Assembly (NCBI GenBank): GCA_037130755.1
Contig: JBAXSI010000002.1
Location: 47,621 to 111,620, forward strand
From: Actinomycetes bacterium
GTDB taxonomy: Bacteria > Actinomycetota > Actinomycetes > S36-B12
DNA length: 64,000 nt
Direction of reading: 5' to 3'
A program made the translations under genes and the position numbers. Positions 29,542 to 39,305 of the stretch are shown here, piece by piece. The notes below the pieces were generated by a model. The model was given only the letters and a program-made list of their open reading frames with translations. It was not told the DNA's origin and made no database searches. The first letter of the stretch is position 1. Each line of letters opens with the position of its first letter.

Positions 29542-31368
29542 ATGACCATCCCCGGCCTGGAAAATCCGCCGACCAAGAACAAGCAACTGCTCAAGTGGGT
29601 CGAGGAGACCGCGGCGCTCACGAAGCCTGATCGCGTCGAATGGGCCGATGGCTCGGAGGAAGAGTGGCAGCGCCTGACGCAGCTGCTCGTCGATGGCGGC
29701 ACGTTCATCCGCCTCAACCCGGAGATCCGCCCGAACTCGTTCCTCGCGCGCTCGGACCCCAGTGACGTCGCTCGAGTCGAGGACCGCACGTTCATCTGCT
29801 CGGCACGCGAGGAGGACGCCGGCCCTACCAACAACTGGGCAGAGCCGTCCGAGATGCGCGAGAAGCTGCACGGACTGTTCGACGGCTGCATGCGCGGCCG
29901 CACCATGTACGTCGTGCCCTTCTCCATGGGCCCGCTCGGCTCGCGGATCTCGCAGCTCGGCGTCGAGATCACCGACTCGCCGTACGTCGTGGTGAGCATG
30001 AAGATCATGACGCGCATGGGGCGCGCGGCGCTCGACCAGATCGGCGAGACCGGCGAGTTCGTCCCGGCCGTGCACACCGTGGCCTTCCCGCTCGTCGATG
30101 CCGCGGGTACGCGTCGCGACGACGTCTCGTGGCCGTGCAACTCCGAGAAGTACATCGTCCACTTCCCCGAGACCCGCGAGATCTGGTCATTCGGGTCCGG
30201 GTACGGCGGCAACGCACTGCTCGGCAAGAAGTGCTTCGCGCTGCGCATCGCCTCCGCCATGGCTCGCGACGAGGGCTGGATGGCCGAGCACATGCTCATC
30301 CTCAAGCTGACGTCGCCGACCGGTGACTCGCGCTACATCTCGGCGGCGTTCCCGTCGGCATGCGGGAAGACCAACCTCGCCATGCTCGAGCCGACCGTGC
30401 CCGGCTGGACCGTCGAGACCGTGGGCGACGACATCGCCTGGATGCGTTTCGGTGAGGATGGTCGGCTCTACGCGATCAACCCGGAGGCCGGGTTCTTCGG
30501 TGTCGCTCCGGGCACCGGCATGGCCACCAACGCCAACGCCGTTCGTGCCCTGTACGCCAACTGCATCTACACGAACGTCGCCCTCACGGACGACGGCGAC
30601 ATCTGGTGGGAGGGGCTGACCGATGACGCGCCGGCTCACCTGATCGACTGGAAGGGCCGCGACTGGAATCCGGAGTCACCGGAGCCGTCGAGCCACCCGA
30701 ATGCTCGCTTCTCCGCGCCGGCGGGCCAGTGCCCGTCGATCGCGCCGAACTGGGAGGACCCGGCCGGCGTGCCGATCGAGGCGATCCTGTTCGGCGGCCG
30801 TCGCGCTACGAACGTCCCGCTCGTGGCGGAGTCGTTCGACTGGGCGCATGGCGTGTTCATGGGTGCGACCGTCTCCAGCGAGATGACGGCTGCTGCCGTC
30901 GGCGGCGTCGGCCAGCTGCGGCGCGACCCGTTCGCCATGCTCCCGTTCTGCGGCTACAACATGGCCGACTACTGGAGCCACTGGCTGAAGATCGGCACCA
31001 TGACCGACGCCGCCAAGTTGCCGCGCATCTACGCGGTGAACTGGTTCCGCAAGGACGCCGACGGCAACTTCCTGTGGCCCGGATACGGCGAGAACTCCCG
31101 GGTGCTCGAGTGGGTAGTGCGCCGGCTCGAGGGAGTGGTCGAGGCAGCGGACACGCCGATCGGCCGCGTCCCGGAGCGGGGCGACCTCGCGCTCGAAGGG
31201 CTTGACGTCACCGCCGAGCAGCTTGAGGAGCTCTTCGCGATCGACCCGGTCACCTGGCTGGCCGAGTCGAACCTGACCGAGGAGTACTTCGACAAGTTCG
31301 GCGACCGCGTTCCGGCCGAACTGCGCGCGCAGTTGGCCGCACTCCGGGAGCGCCTGAACAACGCCTAA
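29542..31368 (+). CDS. pckG: phosphoenolpyruvate carboxykinase (GTP)
   Basis: 608 aa, colinear with GTP-PEPCK ([14 protein letters not shown]-loop, [26 protein letters not shown]). Confidence 0.95.
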   Translation: MTIPGLENPPTKNKQLLKWVEETAALTKPDRVEWADGSEEEWQRLTQLLVDGGTFIRLNPEIRPNSFLARSDPSDVARVEDRTFICSAREEDAGPTNNWAEPSEMREKLHGLFDGCMRGRTMYVVPFSMGPLGSRISQLGVEITDSPYVVVSMKIMTRMGRAALDQIGETGEFVPAVHTVAFPLVDAAGTRRDDVSWPCNSEKYIVHFPETREIWSFGSGYGGNALLGKKCFALRIASAMARDEGWMAEHMLILKLTSPTGDSRYISAAFPSACGKTNLAMLEPTVPGWTVETVGDDIAWMRFGEDGRLYAINPEAGFFGVAPGTGMATNANAVRALYANCIYTNVALTDDGDIWWEGLTDDAPAHLIDWKGRDWNPESPEPSSHPNARFSAPAGQCPSIAPNWEDPAGVPIEAILFGGRRATNVPLVAESFDWAHGVFMGATVSSEMTAAAVGGVGQLRRDPFAMLPFCGYNMADYWSHWLKIGTMTDAAKLPRIYAVNWFRKDADGNFLWPGYGENSRVLEWVVRRLEGVVEAADTPIGRVPERGDLALEGLDVTAEQLEELFAIDPVTWLAESNLTEEYFDKFGDRVPAELRAQLAALRERLNNA

Positions 31369-31398
31369 CCCCTCAAGTCGCCACTCGCGGAAGTGGGG

Positions 31399-32391
31399 TT
31401 AGGACAGGGTGGCGACGAGGATCGCCTTGATGGTGTGCATGCGGTTCTCGGCCTGGTCGAACACGATGCTGGCCGGGGACTCGAACACCTCGTTGGAGAC
31501 CTCGACCCCGTCAGTCAAGCCGAAGTCGGCCGACAGTGACCGGCCGATGGCCGTCTTCTGGTCGTGGTAGGCCGGCAGGCAGTGCATGAACTTCGCGTTC
31601 ACGGCCGCCAGTGCCATGGTCGACGCATCGACGCGGTACGGCCGCAGCAACTCGACGCGTTCTGCCCAGACCTCCTTGGGCTCGCCCATCGAGACCCACA
31701 CGTCCGTATGGACGAACTCCGCTGCGGCGAGGCCCTCCTCGGGGTCCTCGGTCAGCGTCAGCCTCGCGCCGGTCTGCGCGGCAAGATCCGACGCCAGGCT
31801 GCGCACCTCCGCGGTCGGCCAAAGTGCCTTCGGGGCGACGATGCGGACGTCAGAGCCCATGATCGCGCCCATGACGAGCAGTGAATTGCCCATGTTGCTT
31901 CGGGCATCGCCGAGGTAGGCGTAGGACAGCGGCGCCGCCGTATCGACGGTGTGCTCGCGCATCGTCAGGAAGTCGGCGAGCATCTGAGTGGGATGCCACT
32001 TGTCGGTGAGGCCGTTGTAGACAGGCACGTCAGCGAAGGCGGCCAGTTCGTCGACCGTCTCCTGCGAGGCGCCCCGGTACTCGATCGCGTCGAAGATCCT
32101 GGCGAGCACGCGGGCGGTGTCGGCGGGTGACTCCTTGTGGCCGATCTGGCTGCTCGCCGGGTCCAGCACGGTGGCGTGCCCGCCTTGGTCGCGGATGGCG
32201 ACCTCAAAGCTCACGCGGGTGCGCGTCGACGTCTTCTCGAAGATGAGGGCGATCTGCTTGCCCACGAGGCGTTGGCGCTCGCTACCGCTGCGACGCTCGG
32301 CCTTGAGCTCGGCCGCGAGGGTCAGCAGCCCGTCGAGTTCTGCCGTGGTGAAGTCGGCCTCTTTGAGGAAGTCACGTCCGGAAAGGGTCAC
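31399..32391 (-). CDS. argF: ornithine carbamoyltransferase (ArgI/ArcB-like HCLPAYH type)
   Basis: [25 protein letters not shown] and HCLPAYH motifs. Confidence 0.9.
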   Translation of the reverse strand: MTLSGRDFLKEADFTTAELDGLLTLAAELKAERRSGSERQRLVGKQIALIFEKTSTRTRVSFEVAIRDQGGHATVLDPASSQIGHKESPADTARVLARIFDAIEYRGASQETVDELAAFADVPVYNGLTDKWHPTQMLADFLTMREHTVDTAAPLSYAYLGDARSNMGNSLLVMGAIMGSDVRIVAPKALWPTAEVRSLASDLAAQTGARLTLTEDPEEGLAAAEFVHTDVWVSMGEPKEVWAERVELLRPYRVDASTMALAAVNAKFMHCLPAYHDQKTAIGRSLSADFGLTDGVEVSNEVFESPASIVFDQAENRMHTIKAILVATLS

Positions 32392-32434
32392 CGCTGAACG
32401 CTACTAGGGCGCTCGAGGCGAACCTCAGGCGATG

Positions 32435-32590
32435 CCAGCCTTTGCTCACGCGAGTCCTAGCCTTGCTCCGCGAAGGCAGAGCCTTCGCTCACGCGATTCC
32501 TAGCCTTGCTTCGCGAAGGCAGAGCCTTCGCTCACGCGATTCCTAGCCTTGCTCCGCGAAGGCAGAGCCTTCGCTCACGCGATTCCTAGC
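32435..32590. repeat. 43-bp tandem repeat: degenerate half copy, 3 near-identical full copies, then a 4-nt remnant; each unit holds hairpin GCGAAGGC-AGA-GCCTTCGC
   Basis: Full copies at 32458-32500, 32501-32543 and 32544-32586 differ at one position only (c/t). Unit: tagccttgctccgcgaaggcagagccttcgctcacgcgattcc. Confidence 0.9.
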
Positions 32591-32946
32591 GCACGGGGCG
32601 ACACGGCCGCCGCGATCTCCTCGCTGGCCACGCGCAGGCCTTCGCCGCGCTCGCGTGGGTAGTGCCGCGAGTCGAGCCGGGCGTAGATGTGCTCGCGGTC
32701 CTCTTCGGACAGCCCGCCCCAGACGCCGTACGGCTCACGGGCGCGCACGGCGTAGTCGGCGCATTCCATGCGGACGTCGCAGCTTGCGCAGACGATCTTG
32801 GCGGCCCGATCACGACGGGCTCGCGACGAGCCGCGCTCGTTCTGCGGGTGGAAGAACAGGAGCGGGTCGGCCTCACGGCATGAGCCGTGCTCCTGCCAGT
32901 GCCACTGGGCATCCTTGGGCACCTGTGCCAGCGGTTGCTGGGGCAT
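32575..32946 (-). CDS. WhiB-family Fe-S transcription factor (WhiB3/WhiD-like)
   Basis: WHWQEHGSC...LFFHP...ERG...AKIVCASCDVRMEC...EPYGVWGGLSEEDRE. The stop codon and last 5 codons lie inside the tandem repeat. Confidence 0.85.
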   Translation of the reverse strand: MPQQPLAQVPKDAQWHWQEHGSCREADPLLFFHPQNERGSSRARRDRAAKIVCASCDVRMECADYAVRAREPYGVWGGLSEEDREHIYARLDSRHYPRERGEGLRVASEEIAAAVSPRALGIA

Positions 32947-33054
32947 CTCGCCATCCTCCCGACCCGATCTCGTCTCGTATCACGGTAGTTGTCCCGTTTC
33001 AACTCGGAAACCGACAAAGGTCCCGTTGCGCAGGGCCTTCGGCCTCGAGAGGAT

Positions 33055-33444
33055 CTAGGCTTCCGTGTCCCCTGTATCGGACGGATCTGCTGACTTTGCG
33101 AGCGATTCGCGAACTTCGTCCATGTCCACGCCGCGGATGGCCTGGATGAGGTTCGTCAGGGCCTGCTCGGGCAGCGCGCCGGCCTGCGAGTACAGGACCA
33201 CGCCGTCGCGGATGGCCATGAGGGTGGGGATCGAGGAGATGCCGAAGGCGCTGGCCAGGCCCTGCTCGGCCTCGGTGTCGACCTTGGCGAAGACGATGTC
33301 GGGGTTGGCGCCGGAAACGGTCTCGTAGACCGGGCCGAACTGGCGGCAGGGGCCGCACCACTCGGCCCAGAAGTCGACCAGCACGATCGGGTTGCCCTCG
33401 ATCGTCCCGGCGAAGGTGGACTCGGTCACGTTGATGGTCGTCAT
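33055..33444 (-). CDS. trxA: thioredoxin with an acidic C-terminal extension
   Basis: FWAEWCGPCRQ active site. Start ATG 33444 (MTTINVTESTF). The longer ORF-track start was rejected. Confidence 0.9.
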   Translation of the reverse strand: MTTINVTESTFAGTIEGNPIVLVDFWAEWCGPCRQFGPVYETVSGANPDIVFAKVDTEAEQGLASAFGISSIPTLMAIRDGVVLYSQAGALPEQALTNLIQAIRGVDMDEVRESLAKSADPSDTGDTEA

Positions 33445-33454
33445 GACCCCAAAT

Positions 33455-33470
33455 ATACCCCTTGGGGTAT
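33455..33470. promoter_or_regulatory. second CsoR-type palindrome ATACCCC-TT-GGGGTAT
   Basis: Perfect 7-bp arms, 10 nt upstream of the thioredoxin ATG (minus strand) and 57 nt upstream of ATG 33528 (plus strand). Same half-site as the box at 26052. Confidence 0.5.
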
Positions 33471-33527
33471 TGCCGCGCGACGATCGGCCCGGCGACGCCC
33501 AGGGCGGGGAAGGCCTACAATCCGCCC

Positions 33528-33806
33528 ATGACTTCCGAGCCGCTCGAGACCCCGGGCCTGTCCGGCGGGACCCTGCTGGAGGAGCGCACATCGCTCACCA
33601 ACGACGACGGGGACCACGAGCGGTTCGCCCACTACGTCCAGAAGGACAAGATCGTCGAGAGTGCCGTCACCGGCACGCCCGTCAAGGCCCTGTGCGGCAA
33701 GACCTGGGTGCCCGGTCGGGATCCGTCGAAGTTCCCGATCTGTCCCGACTGCCAGAAGATCCACGCCGGGCTTCCGCGCGGTGGCGGTTCCGGGAACGAC
33801 TCCTGA
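33528..33806 (+). CDS. DUF3039-like small zinc-ribbon protein
   Basis: HERFAHYV...KALCGKTWVPGRDPSKFPICPDC matches the conserved actinobacterial DUF3039 pattern. Confidence 0.75.
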   Translation: MTSEPLETPGLSGGTLLEERTSLTNDDGDHERFAHYVQKDKIVESAVTGTPVKALCGKTWVPGRDPSKFPICPDCQKIHAGLPRGGGSGNDS

Positions 33807-33847
33807 GCCCGCCCCCGGCGCAGCTGGGGGACCACGAGAACCGTTCC

Positions 33848-35191
33848 GTGTGGGGTGCTGAGCACCGCGCACTGACAATCGGCATCGTCTCGCTCGTCAC
33901 CCTCTTCGCCTTCGAGGGCATCGCCACCACGACGGCGATGCCGGCGGTCGCGAAGGATCTCGATGCCCTCGGCGGCTACACATGGGCGTTCAGCGCCTAC
34001 GTGGCTGCCTCGCTCATCGCCATGGTCGGCGGGGGGCTGTGGGCGGACGCTTCCGGACCGCGTGATCCGCTCGTGGCGAGCGTCGTCACGTTCGCGGCAG
34101 GCGCCACCGTAGCCGGGCTGGCCCCGGGGCTGCCGCTGCTGGTGGCGGGCCGGGCGCTGGAGGGCCGCGGAGGAGGGGCGCTCATCGTCGGCCTCTACGT
34201 GTTGATCGCGCGGGCCTACTCCGTCCAGCAACGGCCCAGGGTGTTCTCCGTGGTGTCCGCCGCCTGGGTGATCCCGTCGCTGGTGGGACCGCTCCTGGCC
34301 GGGTGGCTGACGGACAACGTGTCCTGGCGCGCGGTGTTCTTGCTCGTACCGGTGTTCGTGATCCCGCCGGCGATCCTGCTCTTCCCGCGCATCCGTGGGC
34401 TGCACGAGGGCGTGCCGCACGCCTCGACGCGGACCAGGCTGATCGCGGGACTCGCTGCGACGTTCGGGCTGTTCGCGGTCCAGGACGGCGTCCTTCGACT
34501 GTCCGTGGCGGGTGGGGTCGAGTTCCTGATCGGCGTCGTCGTGCTCCTCGTCTCGTTGCGCTACCTCCTGCCACACGGCGCTCTCGTCCTTCGCCGCGGA
34601 CTGCCGACGACGGTCATGATGCGCGGCTTCCTGTCGGGTGCCTTCTTCGCCGCCGAGGTGTTCCTTCCGCTGGCCCTCGTGCAGATCCGCGACCTGTCCA
34701 TCACGCAGGCGGGTCTCGTGCTCGCCGCCTCGGCGACCATGTGGTCGATCGGGTCCTTTCTCCAGGCCCGGATCCCAGGGGACCGGGACCGCGGTGCCAC
34801 CGTGCGCGCGGGCGCCCTGCTCATCGCGGCGTCGGTTCTGACGCTGCCGCTATGCCTGCTGCCGGCCGTGCCCCCGTGGATCGCCGCGTTCTCCTGGGCG
34901 GTCGGGTCGCTCGGCATGGGGTTGGCCATGCCCTCGATTGCCGTTCAGGTCATGCGGTTGTCCCCGGAGTCGGACCAAGGCATCAACAGCGCCGCCATCC
35001 AGATCATCGACTCGGTCACCGTGGTCCTCGCGGTGTCGATCCTGGGACTGGGCCACGCCCAGGCCGTGGCCGCGGGCGGTGCCACGGCGGCCACCTACAC
35101 CGTGCTCTGGCTCGGCGCCGGCGCCCTGGCGCTGGTGGGGGCAGCGGTCGCCGGACGCATGCGACCTTTGTCTATCGATATAGCCGGGTAA
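33848..35191 (+). CDS. MFS transporter
   Basis: 12-14 TM-like helices starting at GTG 33848 (VWGAEHRALTIGIVSLV). Upstream part of ORF 33392 rejected. Confidence 0.8.
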   Translation: MWGAEHRALTIGIVSLVTLFAFEGIATTTAMPAVAKDLDALGGYTWAFSAYVAASLIAMVGGGLWADASGPRDPLVASVVTFAAGATVAGLAPGLPLLVAGRALEGRGGGALIVGLYVLIARAYSVQQRPRVFSVVSAAWVIPSLVGPLLAGWLTDNVSWRAVFLLVPVFVIPPAILLFPRIRGLHEGVPHASTRTRLIAGLAATFGLFAVQDGVLRLSVAGGVEFLIGVVVLLVSLRYLLPHGALVLRRGLPTTVMMRGFLSGAFFAAEVFLPLALVQIRDLSITQAGLVLAASATMWSIGSFLQARIPGDRDRGATVRAGALLIAASVLTLPLCLLPAVPPWIAAFSWAVGSLGMGLAMPSIAVQVMRLSPESDQGINSAAIQIIDSVTVVLAVSILGLGHAQAVAAGGATAATYTVLWLGAGALALVGAAVAGRMRPLSIDIAG

Positions 35192-35264
35192 TCATCACCG
35201 GCAGCCGTCTGAGAGGATGACGGCGCCGATGCGACCGCCCTCGGCTCGAAGGAGATCCCCCTAC

Positions 35265-36269
35265 ATGTCCGGCCTGCCCACCCGCCGTGCCCTGATCCCC
35301 GCCCTCGCCCTCGCCTCCGCCGGCCTCATGCTGGCGGCCTGCGCGCAGGAGCCCGCGGCGTCGTCCTCATCATCGGCGGCCGCCGCCACCTCTGCTGCCG
35401 CTTCCGCGGCCGCTTCGGCTGCTGCCTCCACCGCTGCCTCCACCGCGGCTTCGAGCGCCGCCCCGGCCGCCTCGTCGGCCGCCGCCGCCCTCGACGGCTG
35501 CTCGCCGGAGAACCTCACGCTGGTCAACCCCGGCGCGCTGACCATCGGCACCGACACCCCGGCCTACCCGCCGTACTTCGTCACCGATGACCCGGCCAAG
35601 CAGGACGCCGGCGACCCGGCCAGCGGTCAGGGCTTCGAGTCCGCCGTGGCCTACGCGGTCGCCGACAAGCTCGGCTTCACCAAGGACCAGGTGAAGTGGA
35701 CCGTCGTCCCCTTCAACTCCTCCTACGCACCCGGCGACAAGGCGTTCGACTTCGACGTCAACCAGATCTCGATCACCCCGAAGCGCCAGAAGGTCGTGGA
35801 CTTCTCGGACGGCTACTACACGGTGAACCAGGCGGTCGTCGCGCTGAATGACTCGCCCATCGCGGGCGCGACCTCGGTTGCTGACCTCGCCAAGGCCAAG
35901 CTCGGTGCGCAGGTCGGCACCACGAGCCTTGACTTCATCACCAACGTGATCAAGCCGGCCGACAAGCCCTTCGTCTACAACGACACCAACGACGCCAAGA
36001 GCGCCCTCCAGAACGGCCAGATCGACGGCATCGTCGTCGACCTGCCGACCGCGTTCTTCATCACCGCGGCCGAGATCGACAACAGCAAGATCGTCGGTCA
36101 GTTCAAGGCGCAAGACGGCGGCGAGCAGTTCGGCGCGCTCTTCGCCAAGGGCAACCCGCTGGTCACCTGCGTCAACAAGGCGCTTGCCGCGCTCAAGGAC
36201 TCCGGTGAGCTCCAGCAGATCCAGGACCAGTGGCTCGCCGGCGCGGCCGCGCCGTACTTCACCGAGTAG
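35265..36269 (+). CDS. amino-acid ABC transporter substrate-binding lipoprotein (family 3)
   Basis: Lipobox LAAC, a long Ala/Ser linker, then the SBP_bac_3 fold (DFDVNQISITPKR, VGTTSLDF). AAGGAG RBS before ATG 35265. Confidence 0.85.
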   Translation: MSGLPTRRALIPALALASAGLMLAACAQEPAASSSSSAAAATSAAASAAASAAASTAASTAASSAAPAASSAAAALDGCSPENLTLVNPGALTIGTDTPAYPPYFVTDDPAKQDAGDPASGQGFESAVAYAVADKLGFTKDQVKWTVVPFNSSYAPGDKAFDFDVNQISITPKRQKVVDFSDGYYTVNQAVVALNDSPIAGATSVADLAKAKLGAQVGTTSLDFITNVIKPADKPFVYNDTNDAKSALQNGQIDGIVVDLPTAFFITAAEIDNSKIVGQFKAQDGGEQFGALFAKGNPLVTCVNKALAALKDSGELQQIQDQWLAGAAAPYFTE

Positions 36270-36321
36270 TGCAGACGGGTAGCGACGCGTCCGATCCGGC
36301 GCGGCACTACCCTCACGCAGC

Positions 36322-37191
36322 ATGACCACGACAACGCCAGCGCCTGGCAGCCCGGTCGCCTACAAGGACCCGGTGCGCCAGGCGCTGGCGCGTCGAAAGG
36401 CCCGCCGCGACGCCTTCGTCGGCATGGCCAGCCTGATCGGCTTCACCATCGTCGTGGCCGTCCTGGTGTCGCGGACGCCCGGCTGGCCGGTGGTGCAGGA
36501 GACCTTCTTCAACCCGGCCGAGTTCAAGGACACCCTTCCGGGGCTCCTCGAGGCCTTCCTGCTCAACGTCAAGATCTTCCTCATTGCCGAGCCGATCATT
36601 CTGGTCTTCAGCCTGCTCATCGCCCTCACGCGGACCCTGCAGTCGCCGATCTTCCTGCCGCTGCGGGTGCTGGCGACCATCTACGTCGACGTGTTCCGGG
36701 GCGTGCCCACCATCCTCGTCATCTTCCTGCTCGGCTTCGGCGTGCCGGCTCTGCGGCTTCAAGGCGTTCCGACGAACCCGGTGTTCTGGGGCACGGCGGC
36801 GCTGATCTTGTCGTACAGCGCCTACGTCGCCGAGGTCTTCCGCGCCGGCATCGGCTCGGTCCATCCCAGTCAGCGGATGGCGGCTCGCTCGCTGGGCCTG
36901 TCGACGCTGCAGACCAATCGCTACGTGGTGCTTCCGCAGGCGATCAGAAACGTCGTACCGCCGCTGCTGAACGACTTCATCTCGCTGCAGAAGGACACGG
37001 CGCTGGTGTCCGTCCTCGGCCCGATCGAGGTCCTGCGGCAGGCGCAGATCGATGCGTCTTCGACGTTCAACTACACGGCGTACGTGGCGGCCGCCTGCAT
37101 CTTCATCGCGCTGACCATCCCGATGACGCGATTCGCTGACTGGGTGCAGGCGCGGATGTCGCGGCGCCAGCGGGCGGGAGCGGTCGCATGA
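36322..37191 (+). CDS. amino-acid ABC transporter permease
   Basis: His/Glu/Gln/Arg-type permease with an EAA-like loop (SAYVAEVFRAGIGSVHPSQRMAARSLGLS). Confidence 0.9.
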   Translation: MTTTTPAPGSPVAYKDPVRQALARRKARRDAFVGMASLIGFTIVVAVLVSRTPGWPVVQETFFNPAEFKDTLPGLLEAFLLNVKIFLIAEPIILVFSLLIALTRTLQSPIFLPLRVLATIYVDVFRGVPTILVIFLLGFGVPALRLQGVPTNPVFWGTAALILSYSAYVAEVFRAGIGSVHPSQRMAARSLGLSTLQTNRYVVLPQAIRNVVPPLLNDFISLQKDTALVSVLGPIEVLRQAQIDASSTFNYTAYVAAACIFIALTIPMTRFADWVQARMSRRQRAGAVA

Positions 37192-37931
37192 CGACGCAGA
37201 CGCTGCTGGACGCCAAGGGCGTCTGGAAGTCATTCGACGACCACGCCGTCCTGCGCGGACTCGATCTCGAGGTCCGCCTGCATCAGGCGGTCGTCCTGAT
37301 CGGCGCGTCCGGTTCGGGCAAGTCGACGTTGCTCCGTTGCATCAATGGACTCGAGTCGGTGGACGCAGGCTCAATCATCCTCGACGGCGACATCGAGGTC
37401 ACGGATCCGTCGATCGACCTCGACAAGATCCGTCGTCGCATCGGCATCGTCTTCCAGTCGTACAACCTGTTCCCGCACATGACGGTGATCGACAACGTCA
37501 TGCTCTCGCCACGCAAGGTGACCAAGACCCCGGCCGGTCAGGCCCGCGACGAGGCCATGGAACTGCTTCGCCGGTTCGGGCTGGAGACCAAGGCCGACGA
37601 GTACCCCGATCGACTCTCGGGCGGGCAGGCCCAGCGGGTGGCGATCGTGCGGGCCCTGGCGATGCAGCCGGAGCTGATGCTCTTCGACGAGATCACCTCG
37701 GCCCTGGACCCGCTGCTGGTCGGCGAGGTGCTCGACGCCGTCCGGGAGCTGAAACTGGGCGGCCTGACCATCGTCATGGCGACTCACGAGATGGGATTCG
37801 CGCGAGAGGTGGCCGATCGGGTCTGCTTCCTCAAGGAGGGGATCGTGCTGGAGGAGGGGCCGCCAGAGCAGGTGTTCGGCGACCCGATGCACGAGCAGAC
37901 CCGGGAATTCCTCGCTCGCGTGCTGGGCTGA
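37188..37931 (+). CDS. amino-acid ABC transporter ATP-binding protein
   Basis: Walker A GASGSGKST, signature LSGGQAQR, Walker B LMLFDE. ATGA overlap with the permease. Confidence 0.95.
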   Translation: MTTQTLLDAKGVWKSFDDHAVLRGLDLEVRLHQAVVLIGASGSGKSTLLRCINGLESVDAGSIILDGDIEVTDPSIDLDKIRRRIGIVFQSYNLFPHMTVIDNVMLSPRKVTKTPAGQARDEAMELLRRFGLETKADEYPDRLSGGQAQRVAIVRALAMQPELMLFDEITSALDPLLVGEVLDAVRELKLGGLTIVMATHEMGFAREVADRVCFLKEGIVLEEGPPEQVFGDPMHEQTREFLARVLG

Positions 37932-38053
37932 CGTCCTGCTGACACAATTTGGGGTCTCTTCACCCCATGTGTGTCACGCCCCTGCGGCGGGTTGATGCGC
38001 CTAGGATTCTCGGCGGAACGCATCGTGCGTTCGCATCGGTGGTTGGAGGAGAT

Positions 38054-38635
38054 ATGACCACAGTGGATCAGGAGTTCGTCGAGGTCGACGGTGGGGGCAT
38101 GGGCTCCATCGGCGAGCACTGGGGAGTGCTCCTCTTCCTTGGTCTGACGAGCCTCGTCGTCGGCATCATCGCCCTGGTGTGGCCCGGCGCCACGATCGTC
38201 GTCATCGCCGTGCTGCTGGCGATCTGGCTGATCATCTCCGGCATCTTCCAGATCATCCGCGGCTTCAGCCGTGGACTCTCCGGCGGCATGCGGGCCCTGC
38301 TGTTCATCGGCGGCGCGCTGTCATTGATCCTGGGCCTCATCGCGATCGGCGGCATGTTCCGCGCGGTGGAGATCCTGGCGATCTTCATCGGCATCGCGTT
38401 CTTGTTCCGCGGCTTCGGCTCGCTGTTCCTTGCTGGCGAGCAGAAGGAAGGCCGCGGCTGGAACATTTTCGGCGGCATCATCATGCTGATCGGCGGCCTG
38501 GTCATTCTCGTGTACCCGGGGATCTCGCTCGTCACGCTCGCCTGGGTCACCGGCATCTGGCTGATCGTCAGCGGGATCTTCGAGATCATCGCGGCCTTCC
38601 GCCTGCGCTCGGTGCACAAGGCGGCGACGGCCTGA
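38054..38635 (+). CDS. HdeD/DUF308-family membrane protein
   Basis: Repeated GxxxxxxGI helices (LVVGIIALVWPG, WLIISGIFQIIRGF, WLIVSGIFEIIAAF). GGAGGAG RBS before ATG 38054. Confidence 0.7.
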   Translation: MTTVDQEFVEVDGGGMGSIGEHWGVLLFLGLTSLVVGIIALVWPGATIVVIAVLLAIWLIISGIFQIIRGFSRGLSGGMRALLFIGGALSLILGLIAIGGMFRAVEILAIFIGIAFLFRGFGSLFLAGEQKEGRGWNIFGGIIMLIGGLVILVYPGISLVTLAWVTGIWLIVSGIFEIIAAFRLRSVHKAATA

Positions 38636-38657
38636 CGATCTCCACTGGTTCCCGCTG

Positions 38658-39305
38658 ATGGCGGCGGAGACCTCCCAGACCCTTGACCGAGGGCTGCGGG
38701 TCCTTGAGGTGGTGGCCGAGTCCCCGGATGGGCTCACCGTCACCGAACTGGCCGCAGCCCTCGGCATTGGTCGTACCGTCGTCTACCGGCTCGTGGTGAC
38801 GCTGGAGAACCACGCCTACCTGCGTCGGTCGTCCGACGGCAAGTGCCGCCTGGGACTCGGCGTCCTCTCCCTGGGCCGAATGGTGCAGCCACTGGTGCGC
38901 GACACCGCGCTTCCGGCACTTCGCCTTCTCGCCGACGCCGTTGGGGCGACCGCCGTCCTGACGATCGTGGACGGGCAGGAGGCCCTGTCGGCCGTCGTCG
39001 TGGAGCCCACCCGCTCCGACCTGCACGTGGCGACTCGGCCGGGCTCCCGCTACCCGCTCGAGCACGGAGCTGCCGGTCGGGCGATCCTGGCGGCCCGCAC
39101 CACGGCCGGTCGCCCCCTGGATCCGCCGTGGGTCATCGCCACAGGCGACGGACCCCAGGGCGCCTACGGCATCGCGGTCCCGGTGCTGGGCGTACCCGGT
39201 CTCGAGGCCAGTGTCGGCGTGCTGGCGTTGAGGGAATTGAACGAGGCTGATGTGGGCCCGCGGGTCGCGCGTGCGGCCGGGGAGATCGCCCGGGCGCTGC
39301 GCTAG
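38658..39305 (+). CDS. IclR family transcriptional regulator (short)
   Basis: LDRGLRVLEVVAESPDGLTVTELAAALGIGRTVVYRLVVTLE HTH followed by an effector-domain-like remainder. Confidence 0.8.
   Translation: MAAETSQTLDRGLRVLEVVAESPDGLTVTELAAALGIGRTVVYRLVVTLENHAYLRRSSDGKCRLGLGVLSLGRMVQPLVRDTALPALRLLADAVGATAVLTIVDGQEALSAVVVEPTRSDLHVATRPGSRYPLEHGAAGRAILAARTTAGRPLDPPWVIATGDGPQGAYGIAVPVLGVPGLEASVGVLALRELNEADVGPRVARAAGEIARALR

Noticed and set aside
32435-32590. Tandem repeat considered as a CRISPR array
   Set aside because: The units are directly contiguous with no unique spacers, there are only about 3.5 copies, and no cas genes are in the window.
33392-33847. N-terminal extension of the MFS ORF (599 aa)
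   Set aside because: It overlaps the thioredoxin start, the palindromic box and the whole DUF3039-like gene in another frame. TM helices begin only after GTG 33848.
35330-35480. Repetitive GCx-rich DNA including a 12-bp tandem duplication (gctgcctccacc x2)
   Set aside because: It encodes the Ala/Ser-rich linker after the lipobox of the substrate-binding lipoprotein. This is low-complexity coding sequence, not an independent repeat element.
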